Assembly (NCBI GenBank): GCA_965206365.1
Contig: CBDBJL010000004.1
Span: 141,144-205,143 of the forward strand
Direction: 5' to 3'
Length of the DNA: 64,000 nt
Source of the DNA: Alphaproteobacteria bacterium
Lineage (GTDB): Bacteria; Pseudomonadota; Alphaproteobacteria; JABAAW01; JAHZMA01
Of this stretch, positions 20,860 to 31,920 are shown piece by piece. Within the stretch, counting starts at the first letter, position 1. Each line of letters starts with the position of its first letter. A program made the position numbers and the translations under genes. The notes beneath the pieces are model-generated. The model was not told where the DNA came from and did not search any database. It saw only the letters and a list, made by a program, of their open reading frames with translations.

Positions 20860-21350
20860 GAACAACTACCGACTTTCGTCGGTAGGTTCACGTTTTGAAT
20901 GTAATTCAAGATACTGACGAATAACGTCATCCGTCACATTTCCACTCGTCGTTGAAAAATAGCCTCTAGCCCAGAACCGTTGCCCCCAATAGCGTTTGCG
21001 TAATTCGGGGTACTCCCGCTGTATCTTGTATGAGGACCTCCCTTTTACGCGTTGCATCACCTTTGAAATTGGGACGTGCGGCGGGACTGACACAAACATA
21101 TGCACATGGTCGGTAGACAATACGCCTTTTTCAATGTGTACGCCCAATTCATTGCACGTTTGTCGTATCAATGTCCGAATACGCTCACGCATTTCACCAC
21201 GCAGCACCTTGTAACGATATTTTGTTACCCAAACGATATGGTATCTGTGATAATATCTGCTATGACTTCCAGTAGAATAGATCATAAGGTTTCCTTCCAT
21301 TTTAAGACCTTACCGCAACGCTGGGTCTTAAAATGGAAGGAAACCTTATG
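20860..21350 (-). mobile_element. solo IS200-like element
   Basis: tnpA flanked by a 26-bp perfect hairpin (21284-21309 / 21324-21349) on one side and a ctaccgac...gtcggtag hairpin (20868-20887) on the other. Confidence 0.7.
20866..21300 (-). CDS. tnpA: IS200 Y1 transposase
   Basis: HVHMFV HuH motif; typical IS200 TnpA length and sequence (YHIVWVTKYRYKVL). Confidence 0.85.
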   Translation of the reverse strand: MEGNLMIYSTGSHSRYYHRYHIVWVTKYRYKVLRGEMRERIRTLIRQTCNELGVHIEKGVLSTDHVHMFVSVPPHVPISKVMQRVKGRSSYKIQREYPELRKRYWGQRFWARGYFSTTSGNVTDDVIRQYLELHSKREPTDESR

Positions 21351-21400
21351 TAAATAACGCTAAAGCTGACCAGCTAAAAGCTGGTGGTTTTAACCAATTA

Positions 21401-23224
21401 TTGGAAAATAAATTTACGATAGATGAAGCATTCAGGGAGTGCTTTTATGTCGTGCCGGACTATCAACGCGAATATGTCTGGACAGAAAAGCAGATTACGC
21501 AGCTGCTTGAAGATATAAACGAGCAGATGGATAGCAGTTCGTCTGAATATTTTATCGGTACCATTCTCGTGTCCCCGCGAGATGGAGAAAAAGGCCATTA
21601 TGATGTTATAGACGGGCAGCAACGCCTAACTACAACCTTTTTGATTTTATGTGCCTTGAGAGTTCTTTTCAGTGGAATGCCGCAGGGGCAAATGATCAAT
21701 GGATTAACCGCCACCAGCTATACAGATGCACAAGGTGACATTAAAACCAATCTCAAACTTGAACCCAGATACGAAAATGCTGGGGAGGTTATAGAGAAGA
21801 TCGTTCAGGCCAACGGTGATCCGCAAGCCGTTCGTGCCAATATCCAAAGTTCCGGCATTCAGATTTATGGGTCTGTTGAGAATATATTGAACGCCTATGA
21901 TGTTATTTATCGCTTTTTGACCAATAACTATGACGACGAAGCCACGCTGAAAAAATATTGGGGCCATCTGGCCAATAACGTGGTTTTCATTCAAATCTCT
22001 ACGGACGTCAGCAGCGCATTAAAAATATTTGAAACAATTAATGAGCGCGGCGTTGGTCTGAATCCCATGGACCTTCTAAAGAATCTGTTGTTCACTCAGG
22101 TGTCACCAGAACGGTTCTCCCAGCTCAAAGATGAATGGAAAAAGATCACCAGCCCGCTCGAAAAAAACAAAGAAAAGCCACTTCGTTTCTTGCGTTACTT
22201 CCTCATGGCTAATTATGACATCAGGAACGAACGTAACGATGCGATTGTTCGCGAAGATGAGATTTATGATTGGTTCTCTAAGAAGGAAAATGCAGCCCTT
22301 ACAGGCTATCAGGAAAACCCCTTTGAATTTGTTCGGCAGATCACACGTAATGTAAATCGCTACATAGATTTCAGTAATGGGCTTGGCAATGACGGCAAAC
22401 CCAGTTTGGCGATGGACTCTCTTAAAAAACTAACAGGCGGCGCATTCAGTCTGCACTACGTCTTGCTGCTAGCGGCAGCGAATTTGCCAAAGCCACTATT
22501 TGATCAATTTGTGGCACAGCTCGAAAACTTCTTGTTCTTCTACATTTTCACCAAGACCCCAACCAAAGACCTTGAACGCAGCTTCTCGCTTTGGGCTGAT
22601 GAGGTCCGAGATATTGCTCAACTCGAAAATCCTGAAGAGCAGAGACAAAAACTCAATGATTTTGTGTCTGAACGTTTTGCTCAGAACATGGTCAAAAAGA
22701 CGCCAGAGCTTAAAGATGCATTGAAACGTTTGACGTTACACTCCATGCAGCAATACCGCACACGTTATTTGCTGGCACGCTTAACGCAGCATGTGGATAT
22801 GGCATTCAGTGGACAAAAGGTACGAGGAAGTCTTGACCCATATTTTAAATTAGAGATAGAGCACATCCTGCCTAACAACCCTGAAAATGATCTGCGAAAC
22901 ACATGGCAGGAAAAGCATCCAGAGCTGATTTATGATGAACACAAAAACCGCCTTGGCAATCTGACTCTGCTGGAGAAGCCCATCAATATTGTTGCTGGCA
23001 ATGACTTCTATGCAGGTAAAGTTTCTGAATATGCGAAGAGCGGCAATTACCTAACAAGAAGCCTTTCTGCTCTTGCTGAAGTTGGCCAAAACACATCTAT
23101 TTCCCGTATAAACGAAAAACTGTCCGTGTTTAAAAAATGGGATGCGGAGGACGTCGAAAGTCGGCAATTGCTACTGATCGCCTTAGCTCAAGAGATTTGG
23201 AAGACCACAGAAATTACAGCTTAA
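21401..23224 (+). CDS. GmrSD-like type IV restriction enzyme (DUF262 ParB-like N-domain plus DUF1524 His-Me C-domain)
   Basis: DGQQRLTT motif of DUF262; C-terminal EIEHILPNNP...HKNRLGNLTLLEK typical of DUF1524. Confidence 0.8.
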   Translation: MENKFTIDEAFRECFYVVPDYQREYVWTEKQITQLLEDINEQMDSSSSEYFIGTILVSPRDGEKGHYDVIDGQQRLTTTFLILCALRVLFSGMPQGQMINGLTATSYTDAQGDIKTNLKLEPRYENAGEVIEKIVQANGDPQAVRANIQSSGIQIYGSVENILNAYDVIYRFLTNNYDDEATLKKYWGHLANNVVFIQISTDVSSALKIFETINERGVGLNPMDLLKNLLFTQVSPERFSQLKDEWKKITSPLEKNKEKPLRFLRYFLMANYDIRNERNDAIVREDEIYDWFSKKENAALTGYQENPFEFVRQITRNVNRYIDFSNGLGNDGKPSLAMDSLKKLTGGAFSLHYVLLLAAANLPKPLFDQFVAQLENFLFFYIFTKTPTKDLERSFSLWADEVRDIAQLENPEEQRQKLNDFVSERFAQNMVKKTPELKDALKRLTLHSMQQYRTRYLLARLTQHVDMAFSGQKVRGSLDPYFKLEIEHILPNNPENDLRNTWQEKHPELIYDEHKNRLGNLTLLEKPINIVAGNDFYAGKVSEYAKSGNYLTRSLSALAEVGQNTSISRINEKLSVFKKWDAEDVESRQLLLIALAQEIWKTTEITA

Positions 23225-23430
23225 TGCGTTTCCTATGAATCCCAAACAGGGATTCGAACCCACGTTTGGTACGGTACTTTTGCCACGATGATTGAAGTCA
23301 TGCCAAGAGCAGAAATCAAAGCAGCATAAGGTGTTGCAACATAAAACTTGCTTTTCGTTGTTTTCAGGGCAATTATTTGTTGCAACACTATGGTAGGTGT
23401 AGAGGATTCGAACTCAAAGGGGTTCAATAC

Positions 23431-23480
23431 ACCGCCATTAGTTCTAATATATGCTCGCACTGAACCCAATGTGTATTTGA
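23431..23480. repeat. direct repeat copy 1 (approx. 46 bp, tRNA-like fragment context)
   Basis: ccgccattagttctaatatatgctcgcactgaacccaatgtgta is approx. 85% identical to 24187-24233; adjacent to T-arm-like ggattcgaac motifs at 23247-23260 and 23404-23415. Confidence 0.5.
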
Positions 23481-23545
23481 AATTTTTAACGGCTTATTTT
23501 AATTTTTCTTGCACACAATATTAAATTAGAAATAATTGCCCAAAA

Positions 23546-23800
23546 TTGCAAGGTGGCACGCGTGAATTACAAAAGATATTTTTTAAAAATATCCCTATTC
23601 CTAACATCACTGTAGATAATCAAAATATGGTTACCCAACTTGAAGATTTAACCAATCAAGCCTCAATCATCGACCCCGCAGATAAAATCCGCGATGACAC
23701 ACTTGGGCAAATTCAAATCCAAATCGACCAGCTGGTTTATCAGCTTTATGGGCTGAATGATGACGAAATTATCATCATCGAACAAAGCTTAAATATATAA
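23546..23800 (+). pseudogene. remnant resembling the C-terminus of a type IIG/BREX-type N6 methyltransferase or specificity protein
   Basis: C-terminal ...QIDQLVYQLYGLNDDEIIIIEQ matches the conserved LYGLT.EEI.IIE terminus of MmeI/PglX-like enzymes; no upstream catalytic domain present. Confidence 0.3.
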
Positions 23801-24186
23801 CCGTGCTGAATAAATCTATAAGCTTGTTATTAAAACCTTGTATGGCAAAGGAAATATAAAACATTGCTTATATTTCCCTGCATTAAATCTAAGCTATTCG
23901 CTTAAAACAATCCCTATTGGCCTTTTGGGGGATTATTGCCTCTACCACCACCAGAAGGTTTTCCAGTTGTAGAAGGACCATTAGGGGGAGGGGGGGTGCT
24001 CATAGTTTATATCCTTTTAAATGTTAAAATATATCGATAGCAATGCTATCAATGTTAGTATAACGCTAAATTTTATTTTTTTAAAATTATAAAAATCGTG
24101 GGTCCGATTCCCGTGCCAATCAACAAAGCTTGGGGGCTATTTGCTTATAATCGAATATCAACTATCAATGTGATAGTCGCTCTCTC

Positions 24187-24237
24187 CGCCATTAGCTCTT
24201 AATATCTGTTCGCACTGAACCCAGTATGTAGCATGCC
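24187..24237. repeat. direct repeat copy 2
   Basis: See copy 1. Confidence 0.5.
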
Positions 24238-24454
24238 ATACTTAAATTTTACAGATATTTATGAACTGGTCCGACAATTTTCTTGGCGCAATTTGTCTCA
24301 TCTCTCACAAATAATATTCTCGATCCTAGTACCCGACCTTGCAATATCGGAAACCTATCCACTGAAAGAGCAAAATCATACATAGCCTATCAGAAAATCT
24401 TTGCAAAACCGTAATTTTTTGATAAATTACCACTTATGCTTTAAGGCTTTGGAA

Positions 24455-24528
24455 GGTCTCGTAGCTCATCAGGATAGAGCGCCAGATTCCTAATCTGGAG
24501 GTAACAGGTTCGAGTCCTGTCGAGATCG
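24455..24528 (+). tRNA. tRNA-Arg (anticodon CCT)
   Basis: Hand-folded cloverleaf: acceptor ggtctcg/cgagatc, D-arm gctc/gagc, anticodon stem ccaga/tctgg with loop ttCCTaa, T-arm acagg-ttcgagt-cctgt, discriminator G; CCA not encoded. Confidence 0.85.
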
Positions 24529-24584
24529 CCCCTTTTATCTCATTCCCAAGAAAAACCCGCTTTTATGCCTAACGAATATTGCTC

Positions 24585-26990
24585 TTAAATATTTTCGCTA
24601 TAATTGCCACGTACCCTCTGTTTCGTCGGGTCAAAATGTGGAAATGGACAAATCGTTGCCGCAAGTTTTTTTTGCTTGCCATCTAACTGACCAACATCAA
24701 TTTCCGTACCGTGATTGGCATATGTAACATCCACCCGCGCCAAAGCAATGACCTTATCTAAGATTGGAGATCGGGTAGCTGACGTAATCTCTCCAACCTG
24801 AGCTTTCCCAACCCGTAAACAACTGCCTGCATCGGGTACCAAATTACCTGCAATATTCAACCCAACCAATTTTTTCTGCGGAGAAGCTTTACGCTTTGTT
24901 AACGCCTCACGGGAAATAAAATCACTCTTTTTAGATTTAAGTGGCACAGTAAAACCAATACCAGCTTCAAATGGATCCGTCTGATCACTAAATTCAGAGC
25001 CAGCAAAAATTAATCCCGCCTCAATTCGCAACATATCTAACGCTTCCAACCCTGCAGGCAACATCCCCAAAGGCTCGCCTTTAGCCCAAATCGCATCAAA
25101 AATTTGAACCGCATCACGCGGATGACAAAATACCTCATAGCCCAATTCGCCCGAATAACCCGTACGACTAACAATACATGCAACCCCTTGTTCATTACCC
25201 AATCGGGCAATAGAAAACCGAAACCAATCCAATTCACTCACATTCGATTGCGTAGATGCGCTCCAAAATAACTCTTGTAAAATATCCCGAGATCTCGGTC
25301 CTTGTACTGCAATATTACATAATTGTTCAGTAGAACATTTTACCCAAACATTCAAATTATGCTTGCTAGCTTGTTGTTGCAACCATAAACCACTATCATC
25401 TGTACCACCAACCCAACGAAAATTATTATCTCCCAACCGAAACACCGTACCATCATCAATCATACCACCATGTTCGTAACAGATCGCACTATAAACTACC
25501 TCGCCCACTGATATTTTCTGCACATCACGCGTGAGACAAAGTTGCATTAATTGCAATGCATCAGGACCTGTAATTTCATATTTACGCAAAGGTGATAAAT
25601 CCATCACGACAGCCTTTTCACGACAAGCCCAATATTCAGCAATTGCACCATGATTTGACATATTATTGGCAAGCCAATAACCATTATATTCACCAAAATT
25701 TTTCGTAAAGCGTGCAAAGCAACTATGAAAAGCACTTTCCTTAGTTTCAATCATTTCTTTCTCCACTGATTTCCGCCAACCAATAGACCGGCTAATCGGG
25801 TTATCTTTACGATAGGTTCGCACCTGAATATCGGTTGGATCCCAACCATTGGCTGGATCAATATCACACGGACAAGCAGTAGAAACACAAACCACATCAC
25901 TCATCGCTTGCAATAACACATAATCTCCGGCTCGTGACCAAGGATCATCCATACCAATCGCCTGACTACTATCCAATAAAGTATTAAAAAAAAAATTAAT
26001 ACTTACCCAGCCTTTGCGAGGTTTAATATCGTAGCGAGCCAATTTTAAATTTATATTATCGGTACAATTAACATGCCCCGGATAACCCATATCTTCATAA
26101 TAACGAGCAGTACAAGCCAAACCAAACGTATCATGTCGCCCACAAGTATCTTGAATAATCTCAATTAATGGTACCTGATGATACGAATAATATTTCGAAT
26201 AGATCCCAGGAGTTGGATACAAAGCTCCCATCAAGCTTCGCGTTGTGGTGGGATCAATTTCACAAACCTCTCCCCGATCCAAACCCGCTTTCGAAAAAGC
26301 CTGAAAATCAGAACATTCGCGCCCTTGCACATCCAAAATTTGAATATAATCACCTGCTGCAACTTCATAAGTCACGGCATTGCCAGGCTGAATATTAACA
26401 TCTATTATTGGATCATAAAGCGGTTCGGGTGGTAGTAACCGATCAGCCTTTTCGCCGGGAGCACTACGTGTAATATAAAGAATAATTTCACTGGCCACAT
26501 TCTGCTGATCAACCGCCATATCATAGGCTGGCACAACAACAATCAGCCAGCATGTCGCCTGAGCATAATATTCTTCCTGAGCTTCAGCGACACTCTGCAT
26601 ATCGAACGCAATCGAGGCACTTAATCCATTCACATCGATTCCGCATTGTTGCAAAACTGTTTTTAATCGCATCGATGCCATATCATTTTTTTGTGCCAAA
26701 ATTTGTTTCAAGCCAATGGCATCCCGACTGTTCTTAGCCCCGATCAACCCAGAATCAACGGTACCATCTTCACCAAAAGCAAGTAATTCGGCAATCTGCG
26801 CCCCATCAGAATTAATCAAAGTTACCTGATCTCCCGCTTCTAATTTTACAGTACGTGAGCAACCCGGCGCAACAACATAACGTTCTACCCCATGGGGTAA
26901 AATCGGCATAGCAGGTGTGAATATTCCATTTTTCACATTATTGTAATATCGAACATCAAACCCATTCATAGTCTCAATCCTTTCACTCAA
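24585..26990 (-). CDS. tdm: trimethylamine N-oxide demethylase-like (DUF1989 N-domain fused to GcvT aminomethyltransferase domain)
   Basis: 801 aa; C-terminal half has the glycine-cleavage T fold (SRTGYSGELGYEV); this domain pair matches Tdm. Confidence 0.75.
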   Translation of the reverse strand: MSERIETMNGFDVRYYNNVKNGIFTPAMPILPHGVERYVVAPGCSRTVKLEAGDQVTLINSDGAQIAELLAFGEDGTVDSGLIGAKNSRDAIGLKQILAQKNDMASMRLKTVLQQCGIDVNGLSASIAFDMQSVAEAQEEYYAQATCWLIVVVPAYDMAVDQQNVASEIILYITRSAPGEKADRLLPPEPLYDPIIDVNIQPGNAVTYEVAAGDYIQILDVQGRECSDFQAFSKAGLDRGEVCEIDPTTTRSLMGALYPTPGIYSKYYSYHQVPLIEIIQDTCGRHDTFGLACTARYYEDMGYPGHVNCTDNINLKLARYDIKPRKGWVSINFFFNTLLDSSQAIGMDDPWSRAGDYVLLQAMSDVVCVSTACPCDIDPANGWDPTDIQVRTYRKDNPISRSIGWRKSVEKEMIETKESAFHSCFARFTKNFGEYNGYWLANNMSNHGAIAEYWACREKAVVMDLSPLRKYEITGPDALQLMQLCLTRDVQKISVGEVVYSAICYEHGGMIDDGTVFRLGDNNFRWVGGTDDSGLWLQQQASKHNLNVWVKCSTEQLCNIAVQGPRSRDILQELFWSASTQSNVSELDWFRFSIARLGNEQGVACIVSRTGYSGELGYEVFCHPRDAVQIFDAIWAKGEPLGMLPAGLEALDMLRIEAGLIFAGSEFSDQTDPFEAGIGFTVPLKSKKSDFISREALTKRKASPQKKLVGLNIAGNLVPDAGSCLRVGKAQVGEITSATRSPILDKVIALARVDVTYANHGTEIDVGQLDGKQKKLAATICPFPHFDPTKQRVRGNYSENI

Positions 26991-28935
26991 TCCCCAATAA
27001 TCGTTTCCGTTTTTCCGACCAAAGCAAAATTAAATGATCCGCCATCAGCCCCATAAAGGCTACACATAATCCCAATACCATCCCTTTTCCGACATCGGTA
27101 GAGGATAGCGCACGTTGCATTTCTTGTCCTAAATCTTGCGTACCAATAAAAGCAGCAATAATCACCATAAAAAGCGAAAATAAAATACATTGATTCAACC
27201 CGACCATAATCGTGGGAATGGCAATTGGCATTTGTACCAATTTTAATTTCTGCCAACCGCTTGCCCCCGACATATCCGCCACTTCTACCATAGTGGTAGG
27301 AACAGTACGCAACCCTTCAATCGTATAGCGCGTCATTGGTGCCATGCCAAACGCCACCACTGCGCCAATGGCTGCAACATCATTAACACCAAATAGCATA
27401 ATAACAGGAATCAAATAAATAAAACTAGGGAAGGTTTGCGCAGTATCGCAAATCAATAAAACAATTTTTGCCCGTTTTTCTTTCCGCGCCGCCCATATTC
27501 CCAAAGGCAAACCCATAATCATCGCCAAAAACACTGCGATACTCACCATATAAGCCGTAATCATTGCCCGATCCCACCAACCAGAGGCGGCAATCGCTGC
27601 GAAAAATAAAAAACAAATAATGGCTGAACGCCTACCTCCAATTAACCAACCAATCCCGCCCAGAAAAAGCAATACTGTCGTGAAAGGTAACCAAAGATAG
27701 AAATTTCGATAAGGTATCAGGACAAATTTGATTAAAAATCCCCGAAGAGCATAAGTGAACGGACCCAGCTGAGTAACAATATAATCCACCACCAGGTCTA
27801 GATCTTTTGAAATCGTGAAACCACTAGTCCGTTTAATTTCATAAGCATAATCCCAAAATTGTGCCAGTATAAATAATATCGCAACACTCAAAACCCAAAT
27901 TACCCAATAAAAATTTCGTTGATGCCATGGCGTACCACGTGCAAAATGAATCGGTTGTTTGTAAGCCCAAGCCTTTGAGCACCGATCCAATACAATCGCA
28001 AGCAACACAATCGTGATCCCAATTTCAATCGAACGCCCAATTTTTAAACTTTGCAACAATTGTAACAATTTATATCCCAAACCTGGCATTCCAATGAAAC
28101 TTGCCAACACCACCATCGCCAAACATTGCATAATCACCTGATTAACACCAATAATCAGTTCAGTTCTTGCACTTGGGATCCAAACATGGCGTAACAACTG
28201 CCATTTATTGGTTCCACACATCCGACCATTTTCAACCAACTCTGCTGGAACTTTTTTCAAACCCAAAATAACCATTCGGATCATGGGTGGGGTGGCAAAA
28301 ATGATCGTAACAATTGCACCGGCTTTCGGCCCCACTCCAATAAATACTACTACCGGAATCATATAAGCAAAATGGGGTAGTGATTGCGCAATATTCAAAA
28401 TTGGATTGAGAATACGTTCAAATTTGTGATTTCTCCAAGCCAAAATACCAACAATCAACCCTAAAAATACACCAAATGGAACCACAACTACAAGCACCGA
28501 TAAGGTTTCCATTGCCAATTTCCATTGCCCTAAAAGAGCAATCCACACAAAAGTACCACCCGATAAAAGCGACAAACGCCAGCCCCTTAATGCGTGACCA
28601 AGGATAAAAAGCGAAGCAGCAACCACTGTCCAGGGAATCTGATCGAACCTTGGCCAGCGATTTTTACCATAAAGCAAATTCGAAACCACATCGATCAACC
28701 ATTCAATCACTGCAGCAAAGTCACGTGTGATATAGACAAGACCCAAATCATCCTTAATAAAGAAAAATAATCCGTTAATCCAATCGGCAAAAGGTAACAC
28801 CATCCAATCTAAAGGGCGTATTAAAAAGTCGGGGAGTATAATCTTAAATATAGCCAACACAACAGCCAAACCAATAACCCCATAAGCAACATTTTGCTGA
28901 TGAGTATTGGATTTTATATCAAATGGTACCTTCAT
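26983..28935 (-). CDS. tmoW: ABC transporter permease with duplicated permease domains (betaine/TMAO type)
   Basis: Two BPD-type permease modules each with an EAA-like loop; 650 aa; overlaps the tdm start. Confidence 0.75.
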   Translation of the reverse strand: MKVPFDIKSNTHQQNVAYGVIGLAVVLAIFKIILPDFLIRPLDWMVLPFADWINGLFFFIKDDLGLVYITRDFAAVIEWLIDVVSNLLYGKNRWPRFDQIPWTVVAASLFILGHALRGWRLSLLSGGTFVWIALLGQWKLAMETLSVLVVVVPFGVFLGLIVGILAWRNHKFERILNPILNIAQSLPHFAYMIPVVVFIGVGPKAGAIVTIIFATPPMIRMVILGLKKVPAELVENGRMCGTNKWQLLRHVWIPSARTELIIGVNQVIMQCLAMVVLASFIGMPGLGYKLLQLLQSLKIGRSIEIGITIVLLAIVLDRCSKAWAYKQPIHFARGTPWHQRNFYWVIWVLSVAILFILAQFWDYAYEIKRTSGFTISKDLDLVVDYIVTQLGPFTYALRGFLIKFVLIPYRNFYLWLPFTTVLLFLGGIGWLIGGRRSAIICFLFFAAIAASGWWDRAMITAYMVSIAVFLAMIMGLPLGIWAARKEKRAKIVLLICDTAQTFPSFIYLIPVIMLFGVNDVAAIGAVVAFGMAPMTRYTIEGLRTVPTTMVEVADMSGASGWQKLKLVQMPIAIPTIMVGLNQCILFSLFMVIIAAFIGTQDLGQEMQRALSSTDVGKGMVLGLCVAFMGLMADHLILLWSEKRKRLLGIE

Positions 28936-28940
28936 AATCT

Positions 28941-29987
28941 TTAACCTAATAAAATATCTAACATTTTTTCCCGCGAAACCGCACCAATAATTTTCTTCTT
29001 ATGATCACAAACTGGGATAATTTCACGGATATCATTCATAAGATCATGAGAAACATTATGAATAGGATCTGTCGCCTTAAATGGAGCTTCCTTATCCGTA
29101 CATTGTAATTTTTTATCTATAAGAGCACCAACAGTTACGATTCGTGCTTGATAAACTTCCTCAGTAAAACGCTTAACATAATCGTTGATCGGGTTCAGTA
29201 ATAGATTGGCTGGCAGGTCAATTTGTTGAATCGCACCATCTTTCATAATCGCAATCCGATCCGCTAGACGCAGTGCCTCATCAAAATCATGCGTAATAAA
29301 AACAATCGTTTTTTTAAGCATCTGTTGCAACCGGATAAATTCATCTTGCATATCACGCCGAATTAAAGGGTCTAAGGCGGAAAAAGGCTCATCTAAAAAC
29401 CAAATATCAGGTTCGATAGCCAATGAACGAGCAATCCCTACCCGCTGTTGTTGTCCACCCGACAACTCCCGCGGAAAATAATTTTCTCTACCCTCAAGCC
29501 CAACCAACTTAACCATCTCAATGGCACGGGCATAGCAATCATGTTTGTCTTGGCCACGCATCTCAAGTGGAAAGGAAACGTTTTCAAGCACATTACGATG
29601 CGGTAACAAAGCAAAATTCTGAAACACCATCCCCATTTTGCTACGCCGCAACTCAATCAGATCCTGTTCACTCAAAGCTCCTAAATCCTGCCCTTCTACC
29701 ATAATCGTACCTGAAGTAATATCAATCAATCGCGATAAACAACGCACCAAAGTTGATTTCCCTGAGCCCGACAAACCCATAATGACTAGAATTTCACCCT
29801 CAAAAATATCTAATGACACATCATGCACTGCAGCAATATAGCCATCATCTTGAATGCTCTGAAAATCAGTATTCGCATCGCATGACTGCATGTATCGGTC
29901 TGGATTTTCACCATAAAGCTTCCAGATACCCCGGCAGTTAATAACTGCTGTTGAGGATTCAGATGATGTTTTAACCATAGCGAGCAC
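28941..29987 (-). CDS. tmoV: ABC transporter ATP-binding protein with C-terminal CBS domains (ProV/OpuAA-like)
   Basis: Walker A GLSGSGKST, signature LSGGQQQRV, Walker B IWFLDEP; CBS pair at the C-terminus. Confidence 0.85.
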   Translation of the reverse strand: MLAMVKTSSESSTAVINCRGIWKLYGENPDRYMQSCDANTDFQSIQDDGYIAAVHDVSLDIFEGEILVIMGLSGSGKSTLVRCLSRLIDITSGTIMVEGQDLGALSEQDLIELRRSKMGMVFQNFALLPHRNVLENVSFPLEMRGQDKHDCYARAIEMVKLVGLEGRENYFPRELSGGQQQRVGIARSLAIEPDIWFLDEPFSALDPLIRRDMQDEFIRLQQMLKKTIVFITHDFDEALRLADRIAIMKDGAIQQIDLPANLLLNPINDYVKRFTEEVYQARIVTVGALIDKKLQCTDKEAPFKATDPIHNVSHDLMNDIREIIPVCDHKKKIIGAVSREKMLDILLG

Positions 29988-30047
29988 CCCTTCATTCTTA
30001 TTTTTCGATGATTAAGGTAATTTTTACTACCAAAATATTATTTTTAT

Positions 30048-30086
30048 ATTAATGCCACCCCACCTTAAAAATGAGGTGGCATTAAT
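30048..30086 (-). terminator. intercistronic stem-loop between tmoX and tmoV (attenuator or partial terminator)
   Basis: 12-bp stem attaatgccacc/ggtggcattaat with 15-nt loop, followed on the minus strand by an A/T-rich run. Confidence 0.35.
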
Positions 30087-30101
30087 GATTAGGTTAAGTT
30101 T

Positions 30102-31079
<978 letters not shown>

Positions 31080-31245
31080 TTAAGGAAACTATATATTTAA
31101 CACCTTAAGTTCCAATGATCCAGTGAATTCAAATTAAAACCACCATACAACAAAACCGTAATACTTAATATATATTCTCCAAGTTAATAATCAGGGTATA
31201 AAACCTTTGATGGTTTATTACCCCATTTCCACAAAACTTGCAATC

Positions 31246-31261
31246 GCAATATTTTGTAAAA
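31246..31261. promoter_or_regulatory. perfect CRP/FNR-type box TGTGA-N6-TCACA upstream of tmoX
   Basis: tgtgaccattgtcaca lies approx. 190 bp upstream of the tmoX start codon. Confidence 0.4.
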
Positions 31262-31286
31262 ATTCTTTAAAAATTTGTGACCATTG

Positions 31287-31886
31287 TCACACATTTTCCA
31301 GATCCTGCATAATTGGCTGATTCGTTGTTGAAGTAACCCAATCAGGACAAAAACTAATTATGACAACATCTTTGGATAAATTCGGATTAAACATATGATT
31401 ATGCCACCAGCTCGCCTGATAAAAAAAACTATCTGTCTGCAACTGCTTTGCCTGACAGCAAAGCGAATATTCCTGAGTATAGGCACTGAAATGAAGCCGA
31501 CAAGCTTGACTCGCCAAAATTTGCCTAGCCCCTACTGATTCAGGCGCGAAAACTGCCGTCAGCTGATCAGAAAATTCATCTATATGCTGATAATAATATT
31601 CACTAAAAAATTTCAAGGCCTTATCGCGTCGTTGCATCAAATCATGTGTATGCCTAACAATATGCCTGAGCTCAGGTAATTTGGAAAAATCATCTGTTTT
31701 ATTTAAAATCGTTATAATATGACCGAGCGATCTGCCTTGAGAAGCCTTATTAGGGTCTAAAGTCACAATTGGCATCATCCCATCGCTCGGTCGTCCATCT
31801 TTTTCACGCACAGATATTTGGCGCACTCGACATTGCCAACGTAAAAACGACTCTTTAAGCCTTTCACCATACACAACATCTTTCAT
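31287..31886 (-). CDS. hypothetical protein within the methylamine operon
   Basis: 199 aa; co-directional and tightly spaced with the mgs genes; no recognised domain. Confidence 0.4.
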   Translation of the reverse strand: MKDVVYGERLKESFLRWQCRVRQISVREKDGRPSDGMMPIVTLDPNKASQGRSLGHIITILNKTDDFSKLPELRHIVRHTHDLMQRRDKALKFFSEYYYQHIDEFSDQLTAVFAPESVGARQILASQACRLHFSAYTQEYSLCCQAKQLQTDSFFYQASWWHNHMFNPNLSKDVVIISFCPDWVTSTTNQPIMQDLENV

Positions 31887-31920
31887 ACATTAAACTCCGT
31901 AACCATGATATCGTAACTGC

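Noticed and set aside
23233-23469. ORF 23233..23469(-), 78 aa, and a possible complete tRNA on the minus strand
   Set aside because: The region contains T-arm-like motifs, but no canonical cloverleaf could be folded by hand (acceptor and D/anticodon arms are missing); treated as tRNA-like fragments, not a gene.
25037-26737. Small ORFs inside and antisense to tdm (25037..25237, 26168..26435, 26552..26737)
   Set aside because: Embedded in a well-supported 801-aa coding region; no RBS or domain support.
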